The translations under genes were made by a program, and so were the position numbers. A stretch of DNA of 64,000 nucleotides from Cycas panzhihuaensis (Eukaryota > Plantae > Cycadophyta), in NCBI GenBank assembly GCA_023213395.1, contig CM041465.1, positions 39,005,741 through 39,069,740 on the forward strand, given 5' to 3'. Below are positions 41,301 through 57,199 of this stretch, one piece after another; position 1 is the first letter of the stretch, and each line of letters opens with the position of its first letter. Below the pieces are notes generated by a model. That model was not told the origin of the DNA, did not search any database, and was given only the letters and a program-made list of their open reading frames with translations.

Positions 41301-44300
41301 GCTTCAATGGAAAGCATAACCAAGAGGTTGAACCTAATATTACTAGAGGAAGAAGCCTCGGGTGAAGAAAGATCCCTAGGGTTCAAATAAATCAATAAAG
41401 AATTCCCAGAACAAAGGAACCAAAGGGACTACTATGAAATGAGGTAAAGAAGGTTTGATGAAGGAATTTAGGAATGTAGGAAACCAAGAGACTTCTAACA
41501 AAATAACTAAAGAAAATTTGACTTAGACAATAGTCTCAAGGGAATAAAATTTACACTAGATAAGTTTAGTCCAGATAGAACAAGGGACATCTGAAGTTGG
41601 ACAATGTAGATGGAAACTTATTTCCAAGTATATAAACTATCTAATAAAGAAAAAGTATTAACACCTTCTCTCCACTTATATGGAAAAGCTTTGAAATGGT
41701 TTTGTTGGGGGAGGAAAGTCCACAAAGATATTTCCATGGAATCTTGGGAGTCCCTAAATGTAGGGATGATAGACTAATATAAAGATTCATGGAATACTGA
41801 CTACTTCATCCAACTGACTCAACTATAATAAAATGGAACAATTTAACCAAATATAGTGTAGTTCCAATCCCTCTAATATTTGGTCACAAATCATATACAA
41901 GGTGAGTGCATTGCATAAACATACATTAATAGGCTCAAGGACTACATCAAGTATTGCATTAAAATAATGGGGGCCACCAATATAAGAGTAGTAATCATAC
42001 TCATATAGAATATTGAAGCTAAATTTAGCGGAAGTAGACCTACTTAAATTCAACAAAGTGAGATAATATTCTACTAAAACCTTAGGTCTAATCCTAATTA
42101 GACTGAGTTAGGGACAAAAATAGACCTACAAATCATAAGAAGGAGTGTAAACGAGATGTGTATCAAGAGAAGAGCATCTTAAGAGAGAAACCTATTTTAA
42201 GTATAGAGGAAAATGGAATAAAGACCATTAATACCTAATAAAGAAGGTCTTTATAAACCAAAATGAAGAGATGATTGTTCCAAAAGAAGAAGAAGAAGAA
42301 GAAGGAGAAGGAAAGACACTAGAAGAAAATAAGAAAACTAAAATAGAAGAACTTCTAAATTTAGAAACCAATAACATACAGTTGTAACTGCATGTGATCA
42401 TGAGACAAAATGACACCCTACAAACATTATAATTTTAAGGACTAATCCAAGGGACACCAATTGCCATTCTAATTAATAGTGGGAGTACTCATAACTTTAT
42501 CAATTGACCAATAGTAAAGAAATTGGGATTGCCCATAAAAGCATATAACGCTTTCCATGTTGCCATTACTAATAGGAAATCCATGACATATGGAAGGTAT
42601 TATCTAAAGGTAACCCTTCAGATCAATGATTACTTGATAAACACTTGCATGTTTACAATGCCGATAGTAGGAGTTGATACTATGTTAGGGATATAATAGT
42701 TACAAATACTAGGGAATAAGATCACAAACTACATAACATAGTTCGTGAGCTTTCACCAAAAGGGACATTATTATATGCTACAATCTCTCCTTAGACCTTT
42801 TATACAGTTGGTATCATCACATCACATGGAGAAGATGCTAAAGAAGAACCTATCTGCATATATAATGACATGTTATAAGATCACAATAGAAGATGTTTTG
42901 GCCAAAGTTTAAGAAACCATAAATAAGTATAGTTTAGTGTTCAAGGAATCTCTGTTAGGGATTCCTCCATATCATGGTTGCCAACATGCCATCAAACTAG
43001 TATCGATAGTAGCACTAGTAAACATCTATCCATATCAACATCCCTATGATCTTAATAAGGAAATTAAGCAAATAACTAAGGAGATTTTAAATTAAGAAAT
43101 TATTATAAAAAGCATAGCCCATTTGCATCTCCAATCATATTAAAATTGAAAAAGGTTGGGACTTATCATATGTGCATTAACTATAGGCTCCTAAATAAAA
43201 TTATGATTGAGAATTACTATCCCATCCTCTAAATAGATGATTTACTAGACAAAAAACCCAAAGCAAAGTATTTTTTTTAAATTAACCTTTAATCGGGATA
43301 TTATTAGATCTACATCGAAGCAGAAGATGTATATAAAACAACATTATACATTCACAAAGGATTCTTTGAATTCAAAGCCATGTCATTTAGTTTGACTAAT
43401 GCCTTAACAACCTTCTAAAGCATTATAAATCCCATATTAAATCCTTTCTTATGAAAATTCATGCTAGTTTTCTTTAATAACATCTTAATTTATAGCTTGT
43501 TATTAGAGGAGCACTTAGAGTACATCAAGCTTGTTTTATAGACACTAAAGATCAATTGGTTTATTGTTAACAAGGCAAACTATACCTTCAAGCAAAAATA
43601 ACTTAAATATCTTGGACACATCTTCACATAAGAAGGGATCAAGATGGAACCTAAGAAAGTTCAAGCTATTATTAATTTGCCAATCCGTAAGAATGTGATA
43701 GGAGTCAAGGCTTTTCTAGGAGCAGTTAGATTTCTCTAAAAAATTACTAAAGGTTATGCCTACATTGCATCATCTTTAACATATCTCACTAAGAAAGATA
43801 CTTTTAGTTAGAACCCATAGTAGAGGATTCTTTTCAAGATCTTACAAAGGCCATGATTACCACCCCTGTGCTTACAACTCTGGATCTCTCCTAACCTTTT
43901 ACTTTAGAGTATGACACATCAAGAATAGGGATAGAAGCAATCCTCCTTTAAAATGAGCAACCAAGGATATGAAAGTAGGAAATTAATTAGTAGGGAGTAA
44001 CTAAAACCCATATATGATAAAGAAATATTTGTAATTATATATGCCATTCACCAATGGCATAAATACTTACTTGGTAATAAATTCATGGTTAAAATGGATC
44101 ATATAGCCTCAAGTATTTTCTCAACTAGAAAAATCTGTCATATGAATAATAAAAGTAGGTTAACAAGCTTCAGATATTTGATTTTAGCATCATATATAAA
44201 AAGGGAAAGGAAAACATTATTATGGATGCATTATCATAGATGCTAGAGAACAACAAGGGAGAAATTATTGAAGATACAAATCCATATGAAACTATAAAAC

Positions 44301-44549
44301 ACAAGAGACAACAAAATTTGTGGGAAATAATCATCTCTAATTATTGTTATAGATGTACAACATACTTATAGTACATTATTACCTCACAATTAGTCAACTA
44401 TACATGAGAATTGTTATAACTACTACATTAACAAATGATACTAATTTAACATTTAGTAAATAAGTTAAGAGGATCTCCTAGCATTATATAATTAAATATT
44501 GTTCTAACACTAACCCTATAATGTTTAATTATTAATGTCACATAAACAC

Positions 44550-44928
44550 TATTAGAAATATTAATGTTTTCCTAATGTTACCTATTCTAACTCCACTTGT
44601 ATTTCTATTTGAATCATCCTCATGCAGATTTGGTGTAGTTAAGTTCGTCAAGAAAGCATGGATTAACTTGTGTAAAGTTACGTAGGCTGGCTGGTTGATT
44701 TAAAAAAAGAGAGGGAGGATGTGATCCTTACCATGATCATTCTATAATGTATTCTTGATTATTATTATAAAATATTATATTTAAGAGTTAGTTTTTTAAT
44801 CCCTACTAGGGGGTTTTCCACTAGTTAGATCTATTTGTAATTTGTGAATGATTTGGTATTATTTATTTGATGATTATTATATATATTTCCTACTTCACGT
44901 AAACCCTTCCTTTAACATGATACTAGAG
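44550..44928 (+). repeat. Orphan copia-type LTR plus decayed PBS inside D, in opposite orientation
   Basis: T[A]TTAG...TTTAACA followed by TGATACTAGAG (decayed TGGTATCAGAG); contains GGGTTTTCCAC as in other LTRs here; left boundary uncertain. Confidence 0.55.
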
Positions 44929-46381
44929 TAAGGATTTAGAAGTAGATTTGTGAAGATATAAACGTTTGAAAACAAGGTTTCATAATGCTGTCTCAAAGCC
45001 ACATATATGGCCATACATAAAAGGTTGGAAGGATAACATTTGCCATTTATTGACTAGGATTAGAACACCCAAAAGGAAAGTTCAAAGCTAGAAGCCATAG
45101 TCCTCTCATTGTTTATGTTCTAAAGACCAATGAATAAAGTCCAAAGCAAATGCCATTGTTCTACTCTTTAATGTCATTATTCTAAGGTTGTTATTTGAAA
45201 ATGAAGATGTCCATCCTACCACAACCTCCTTAAAGTCCCCTTGTCACTCTTAAACATAGACAAGAAAAGAGAGCATCAATAGGAAGTTCAAAGTAGCTTG
45301 GTCCAGTAGGCATTCTAGTAGATACAAAACTAAAGGATAGACAGGTACATGATTAGTTTCCTTGCCCTCACACTGCGACCCACTATCTCTAACCTACACA
45401 CAGATGTAGTTGTCTAATACAAAAAAAAAAAAATGTAGATGCCACATCAGTAAAGATCTATAAATAAATGTGCTGCCTGACATGAATCCAAGTTATAAAT
45501 ATATAAACTGAAGACGCCAATATAGTCTTCACAAAGAGGTTAAAAAAAAAGTGTTAACTAATGATTAAATATTAAAGATATAGAGATGCCAAGGAAGCAA
45601 ACTGTCCCTTTGGAAAATGGAACATGTCTCATGTAGAGCATAAAAATTCTCTTAGTCTCCAGATCTTGCCATAAATCTACAGAAGAAATCAACACAAAAA
45701 AATCTGCCATTCTAGCTTGAATTTTAGTCCAAAATCTAGATATACCCTAAAGTTTAGGATAAATATTCTTGTTTTTTTCCCCAAATGGATGTTAAAAAAT
45801 ATTAAATTTGTTTAATCCATTTTTGCAAAGTTGCAAAATCTTATGATCTGCTTGAATCATATTTTGCGTTCACCACTATTTTTGTATTTTATTTTTTCTA
45901 ACATTTCAATTAAATTAAATAAAATTAAAATAAAATTTTATTTCTGCAATTTGCTAGCCCCCTTCCCAGCCAATCCCTAGTTATATGAGCCCCCCATATG
46001 ACCATATTCTAATATTGAAAGGGGCTTAAACTCTATTTCTTAGCCCCTCCAATTTTACAAAGGAGGTATATATATACTTTTGACCATAACTTCCTCATAC
46101 AGAGTTAGAATTCAGTTTTAGATGATACGTTAGATTCTTGGCTCAGACGCAAACATTTTAACTGGTTATTCAAGCCATTTGGATGCCATCTTAACCTACA
46201 AAATCTTGCTTGAATTCAAGATTTTGAACATAACTAGGTAAGTTAAGGTACATGATTTTAATTCAAAATTATCTTTACAATATTTTAAGATTATTACTTT
46301 AATTCAATATACATTAAATTATTTGATAAATTCATTGCTTAACTATATATTTTTTACATAATTATCAATTATTTTATATAG

Positions 46382-48821
46382 TTTTTTTTTTAGGATATGG
46401 TTTAAATAGATGAGGGGGTTTAGAATGGGACCCCAACCTCTTTACACAATTTTCCCAAAAGGCCCCCCAAGGTACCATGATAAGCACATGACCTAACTAA
46501 AAACTCCATACGCTAATCTTACTAATAATCCCCCTTCCATTAATAAGCCCAACAATTGTCTCAGTAGTTGCCACAACATGTCCAGTGGCTAGCACTAATT
46601 ACTATCTGGGGCTGATGCCCTCTAATTCCTTCCTAGCTAGACCCAAAATCTCTTCTAGGAACATATCCCTCCATAACTCATTTTTTTTAGCTTGGACCCC
46701 CTAGTTGGCTAACCTATCAATAACTCCATTGCCTTCCCTATAAGTATGGTTAATATGTATATTAATTCTTCCTATTAGAGACTCCTTAACATCATTTATC
46801 AAAGCTCTATATCTTAAGTCTGATTTCACTTCCCCTTTAATAAGTTTTATCACATTCAATGAATCCACTTCAAGGATAACTCTGTCATGGTCATTTAAGG
46901 ATATCATCTCTACAACTTTGCATATAGCCTCCATCTCAGCTCAATGGTTAGTTTGGGGCCTGTAATAATCCATGAAGACCCATATCACCTTCCCATCGGT
47001 ATTTTTGTAGATCCCACCTCAACCCACTTCCCCAGGATTGCCTTTACTGTGCCATCAAAATTTACTTTCACTAAGATTTCTAGGGGAGGATCCTATTTAC
47101 ACTGCCCTTTTTATCTCATTTTGATTTTGGGGTATATTGTCACTTTTACAATATCTTCCCTTCCTTAGGAGGCAAAGAATTCTCCTCCTCCTCCTTTAGA
47201 GTCTCTCTCGAGGTCCCAAAGATCATCGCAAAGAGCTTAACTTCATCCATGTGTTTTCCTTAGAAGATTCTTCTATTCCTCTCTTTTCAGAGGTTCCACA
47301 TCATCATTGGCATCACTGTGATCCATAAGAACTTCAAGGCTTTACTCCTAAAGGGGCAGGGCTAGGAGGTAGTGATAACCCTCACTATACCTAGGAGAAC
47401 CCATTCAATACCAAAAATATTCCACAATGACTTCCATACCTCCCTAGAATAGGGATAATGTAGCAATATGTGGTCAAGGGACTCCTCCTTAGACTTGCAT
47501 AATATGCATTTACTCACCAACACAAACCCTCTTTTCTTGAGATTATCCCTGGTTAGGATTTTATTCTTTAAACAAAGCCACTAGAAAATGGCAACCTTAG
47601 GAATTAATTCTAGTCTTCAGATACTCGCAAGCACTTTATTACCAATGAGGCCTTTTTTTGAAAGAAGAAACATGTATCCTGTCTTAACTGAATATTTCCC
47701 AGAGGGGGTTCTAGGCCAAACCATAGCATCCTCCTTAGGGAACCTAGGAATGTAACTTTTAACTAACTTGTTTCTCAGGGCAATAATTTGGTCCTTTCCT
47801 CCATTATCAGAGGAAAAATCCTCAAAGCTTCTCTAGATCTTTGAGCCATCACAACGTTCCCAATAATCTTTCACTTTTCTCCCATAGATCCTCTCATAGG
47901 TATTATGAATCAAGCATAAAGAGGGTCTCTCCTTCAACTGAGGCCTCCCACACCAAACATCATTCCAGAGATTTATTTTCTCACAATTCCCTAGGCTCCA
48001 CTAGACTCCCACTGCAAGCATCTTCCTCATATGAATGAGGCTTCTCTAAATCACCAAGTCACCCTTGCCTAAGAGGTCATCCCTTAGGTATGTTTTACCC
48101 TTGAGATATTTTTGTATCATGATTCTACACTATATTTTGTTTTCCTCCTTAAATAAGCTCCAACTAAGCTTTGCCACTAAAGCCTTGTTGAAGCAAGCTA
48201 TATCTTTCATATTTAGGCCTCCTACCCATTTAGGAAGATAAACTTTCTCCCAAGCTATGAGGTAAATCCTATCCCTATTCTCCACTCTCAACCACAGGAA
48301 CCTCTTTTGAATGGATTCAAGGTCTCTAATAATTTTGATCGAGCATCTGAATAAAGACATCATGTAAGTTGGAATACTCTGTAGAGATGCAGTCAACAAT
48401 TGTAATTTCCCTGTTTAGCTTAATAGGGCCCCTTTCCATCCTGCCAGCTTCCTCTGGACCTAATTAATAATAGGGTTCCAAAGCTCCTTCTCCATTTTCC
48501 CCACAAAGAGGGGCATTGCTAAATACAAGGTAGGGAGATTTTGAATGGGCATTCCCAAAATTCTACTAATAGACCCTTGGGTTCTTACCAAGGTGTTTAA
48601 GAAGAAGATACTATTTTTATTGAGGTTAATTATATGGTTTATTGCCTTCTCAAACCTAGCTAACTCATATTTAATAACTCTAGCCTCTGTAATTACAACC
48701 CTGCCTAAAAGGATATTATTATCCACAAAATGCCGATGGACAATATTACCCATGCCCGAAGTAGGCTTTAATCCCAAAATCTTTCCTGTCCTCCTAGCAA
48801 CCTCCAAGGCCCTCCCCAGTT
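46382..48821 (-). mobile_element. 5'-truncated L1-clade LINE (RT C-terminus, zf-RVT, RNase H, poly(A) tail)
   Basis: HRHFVDN, LPTLYLAMPL, LQSIPTYMMSLF, FNKALVAKLSW, C.LC...ESLDHIL, KVNFDG, LEVDSL, HTYREGN..DRLAN; poly(T) on plus strand at 46382-46391. Confidence 0.92.
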
Positions 48822-48990
48822 GCTTTTATATGCCATAATAACTTATCCATCATTATTTATGGTCAAGATTAGGTACATGACTTAACCATTTCACCATAAA
48901 GTTTGCTTTTCATTCAAAATAACCAATATGTAGAATCAGAACAAATTATCATCGAAGTTCATGCTAGAACATCTCCTTCGAAAAAGAAAG
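48822..48990 (+). pseudogene. rpoC2: Plastid rpoC2 fragment (NUPT)
   Basis: In-frame AFICHNNLSIIIYGQD*VHDLTISP*SLLFIQNNQYVESEQIIIEVHARTSPSKK, recognisable RNA polymerase beta'' segment. Confidence 0.85.
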
Positions 48991-48991
48991 A

Positions 48992-49119
48992 ATAAACATA
49001 GATATTTTGCAAGTCAATTATTATGGGTAGTTCTTACAAAGGATTAGACTAATCATGTATACAATACTTTAATTCTCAATGTAAATGTTACATAGTTAGT
49101 TTTCATCCTTCAAAGACTA
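48992..49119 (+). other. ndhB: Plastid ndhB group II intron fragment (NUPT)
   Basis: Matches the recalled ndhB intron ...TTACGGGTAGTTCCTACAAAGGATCGGACTAATGACGTATACAATAC...CATCCTTCAGAGACTA with deamination-type changes. Confidence 0.8.
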
Positions 49120-49207
49120 ATGATGAAACTTAGCTTATCTCTCTTTCCAAAGATTGATGAATTGAATAATATTTTTGTTCCAATACTTGTCTCTTTTTCT
49201 CTCTTTT

Positions 49208-49275
49208 ACCAATGATTTGGAAGAGATCTCCCACAAAGTCTTTAGTGTTGATTTCGGCCAACTAGCCATCATCTT
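49208..49275 (+). pseudogene. psaA: Plastid psaA fragment (NUPT)
   Basis: TNDLEEISHKVFSVDFGQLAII versus PsaA T.[20 protein letters not shown]. Confidence 0.85.
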
Positions 49276-49428
49276 AAATCATTGTAATAACTAAATAAAT
49301 AGATGTTTCTCTTTATCTCAGGTTGATAAATTAAAATATCTCCTATATAGATAAGACACATTCAATGAAAGTTGACCATAATGGGCTTAATTATTCTGAA
49401 GATAGTATATCAGTAGATCTGTTGGCCA

Positions 49429-49569
49429 TTGGCTTGAATAATGTAAACATTAGTGAGAATCCAATGCTCCGAAAACCTAAGGGTTTCTTTGCAAGGTTCA
49501 TCCATAGAGGGTGAGTCAGGGCCTAAGATCAGGCTAAAGGACGTAGTCAATGGACAACAGGTGAATATT
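49429..49569 (+). pseudogene. rrn23: Plastid 23S rRNA fragment (NUPT)
   Basis: GTGAGAATCCAATG..CCGAAAACCTAAGGG...GAGGGTGAGTCAGGGCCTAAGATCAGGC...TGGACAACAGGTGAATATT. Confidence 0.9.
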
Positions 49570-51332
49570 AGAACAAGAATATAAAGATTAATTTTAATAA
49601 TATATTATGGGTCCACTTTGATACCATGTTGAACATGTAAATCCATATAAAACCATAAAAGATAAGAGACAATAAAATTTGTGGGAAATGATCATCTCTG
49701 ATTATTATGATAGGTACACAACATACTTATAATACATTATCATCTCATGATTATTTAACCATATATGAGAACCATTATAACTACTACATTAATTAGTGAT
49801 ACTAACTTAAATTTAATAAATGAGTTAAGAGGGTCTCCTAGCATTACATAATTGAACATTATTCTAATAAAAATCTCGTTACTAGTAATGTTCATAGTCA
49901 CTCCTAGCTGGACATGCAAACTAATATAGGACTACCAAAGTGACCCTCTCTCTTAGAAGATATTTAAGGAGATTAAAAACCAAGAAGACACTAAGTATGA
50001 GCTATGGGAAGATTTAATTCTATAGAGGGGAGAAACACTTATTCCAGGCTCCTCCAAGCTAAAGGAAAAACTATTAAAGGAATCTCACTCCATCCCAAGT
50101 GTAAGACATACGAGAATCTATAAAACCTATGATAGGATATGGAGCTCATTCATTTAGAAGGGAATGAAAACTAATGTTCTCAAATTCATAGCAAAATATG
50201 ACTCTTTTCAAAGGAATAAGAGTGAGAACATAAAAAGTCTTATATTACTTGAACCTTTACTCATCTCATGATAGAAATAGAAAGAAATATTAATGGACTT
50301 CATCATAAGTCTACCAAAGTTAGAAGGTAAAGATGCTATTTTTATGGTTATCAATTGGCTTCCAAAATACATGCATTTCTAGGGAATACAATCCATAGAC
50401 ATGCAAGCCAAGTAGTAAAAATATTCATAAAAGAAATAGGTCAATTGCATAATCTCCCCAAGGTTATAATTAGCAATTGTAATCCAAAGTTTATGAGCCA
50501 TTTCTATTAGGACTTGTTGAAATCAATTGGGATAAAACTATCCATGAGCATGACATATCACTTACAAATGGACAAATAAATAGAAACTGTGAATAAATGC
50601 TTAGAAGGATACTTATAGAATTTCACCTCTGATAAATAATAGTTATGGCAGAAATGGCTCGATCTACTCAAATGGTGGTATAATACCATGTACTATATAA
50701 CAATAAAGATGACTCCGTTTTAGGTGCTCTATGGTTTTGAGCCAGCATCATTTCTTACATAGACCAAGATATCATACATACAAATGGTTTGAGAACAACA
50801 AGAACAAATAGACCATACACTCTGAATACTAAAAGATAATCTAAACATAGAGAGAAATTGAATGAAGTAACTAGAATATTGACACAAGTCAGAGAGATCT
50901 TTCTCAGTAGGTGACTAGGTTTTTTTAAGACTCTAACCATATAAGCAATCGATGATAAGACCAACTAGTAAACAAAAGCTAGCCCCCTAAATTTTTAGAC
51001 CATACTAGATCCTCAACAAGATTAAAGAAGTATCTTAGCAATTGTTATTACCATAAGGAAGTCATATTCATGATGTTTTTTATATATCATTTATTAAATA
51101 AAAAAATGGGGAAATGATCATGTCACAAATCATGATCCTAGAATTGGATAAAGAAGAAAAGATCATTTTAGAACCTGAGAGAATTATAAATATTTGAGCG
51201 AAACAATTATATTATAGGGAAATAAGGGAGTATCTCATAAAATGGAAGATCTTAGATTTAGAAGATACCACATGAGAATCAAAATAATGGATTAATTGGC
51301 ATCTAAACTTACGCATGCTTTGAGGGTAAAAG

Positions 51333-55861
<4,529 letters not shown>

Positions 55862-56389
55862 CTATACCCTTAGTAATAAAATCTCATCACTCTAGAGCGT
55901 CAAATGATGATGAATGTTGGCAACACAAATGGCATCGATAGGAAAGATATTTAAGAAGCGAATGTGTTGATAACCAAGGCGGGTAACAGGTACTATAACA
56001 TATGCATGAATGGAGAGAAAGCATGTGTCATGAGGAAGGGGGAGAGATATGGCTCAATCAACCCTCCAGGTGTGGGACCCTAGATCCAAAATATATGCAA
56101 TCGAGGATAAAAGGAGCAACCTAGAGGAATGCCCTCGATAGTACACCTGAATGGGTAATAAGACCTAGGGGAATGAGATGGGTTTGAAACCTAAAGACAT
56201 AACTTAGGAGAATGAGGGGATGCCTCATAACTCTAAGATAGGACAATAACTAAATAAAGAAGGAGGGTTTCAGTCACCATAGTTTGGCCTCGTTAGCAGC
56301 CACCGTTTGGAGGCAAAGAGAAGTAAAGGTCAGCCGGAGCAAGGCCTAGACCTCACAGTAGGTTAGGAGGAACCTCAAGAGAGCTTGAG

Positions 56390-56515
56390 CCCTAAGTGAG
56401 AGAGCTAGGTAACTTGAGGAGAATATACAATGATAGTATCACATCGCCTGGGCCCTGAGCAAGAAAGCTAGGTAGCATGAGGGGAATACACCATGATAGC
56501 AACATACTACTTGGG
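56390..56515. repeat. Two diverged ~62-bp tandem units in the 3' region of H
   Basis: ...AGCTAGGTA.C.TGAGG.GAATA.AC.ATGATAG...ACAT...TGGG repeated twice. Confidence 0.65.
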
Positions 56516-57199
56516 TAATTTTGCATTATAGTTCTGATGAAAGGAAAGCTTCTGACCTATAGGGGATTCTATACTGTACATGTATGATTATACATCCTCT
56601 TTTTAAGGATTTTAGCTTATTAGGGCACATTTCACTTATATATATTATACTACTATTAATCATTATATATATATATATATATAGAAAGATGAGAAGCATA
56701 TTAGCACCCCATTTTAATATGGACTGTTGACATATTTTGATTATTATATATGTATGAATGCACAGATGTATGATGTAGATATATAAATCTGTATAAATTT
56801 TGTTTTGTTACATCATTTATTTGTCACATTTCAGTTTTAAAGTCCATCCTGAGCACACATAATCACTAGATAGATAACCAAACTTTCATGGTACCGGGAG
56901 GGGAAAGATCATGTACCCCTAAAAAGGAACGTAGCAATCCAAGACTAGAAAGAAAGATAAGATGAGTACATATGGCCTAAGGATCTTATGAAAGGACAAA
57001 AGAAACCCCATTTTCTGAAGGGATACATGAGATCTTTAGAAGGGAGGCACAACCATCCTAGCAACTAATGTGTTTATCACAGAACTTGAAGGTACATCAT
57101 ACACCCAATGAGGGTATTGGTTGAGGCAATCAAATGGTAGTTATGGCTCATTTTGAAGCAAGGGATTGGCTTCCTTTCTACTTGGAAGGAAAGGATTAG

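Larger units (their letters stand above)
44266..49869 (-). mobile_element. Element D: non-autonomous element with 243-bp LTRs carrying heterogeneous cargo, inserted between RH and INT of G
   Basis: LTRs 44266-44509 and 49627-49869; TSD GAAAT/AAAAT (44261-44265, 49870-49874); Met-PBS CTTTGATACCA 49616-49626; no gag/pol of its own. Confidence 0.88.
39664..51332 (+). mobile_element. Element G: Ty3/gypsy chromovirus (5' LTR 39664-41013, Met-PBS 41016-41027, gag-PR-RT-RH 41500-44260, INT 49875-51100, chromodomain ~51170-51300); 3' LTR displaced by H
   Basis: TGTAAC...CTACA LTR followed by TGGTATCAAAGC; ILINSGSTHNFI, YKKGKENI.MDALS, MDFIISLPK.EGK, EYLIKWK.LD.EDTT*E motifs. Confidence 0.9.

Noticed and set aside
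45250-46060. Possible hAT-like fragment (RKFKVAW peptide, AGCCCC motifs) inside D
   Set aside because: No TIRs, TSD or extended transposase similarity recognisable
46372-48831. TTTTATAT as a TSD of the LINE
   Set aside because: The right copy is part of the in-frame rpoC2 fragment and the motif is low-complexity, so it cannot be supported
49429-49569. Functional rRNA gene
   Set aside because: Only a 140-bp deaminated fragment of plastid 23S
48822-49626. Reading the plastid mosaic as a CRISPR-like spacer array
   Set aside because: No repeat separates the pieces and their lengths vary
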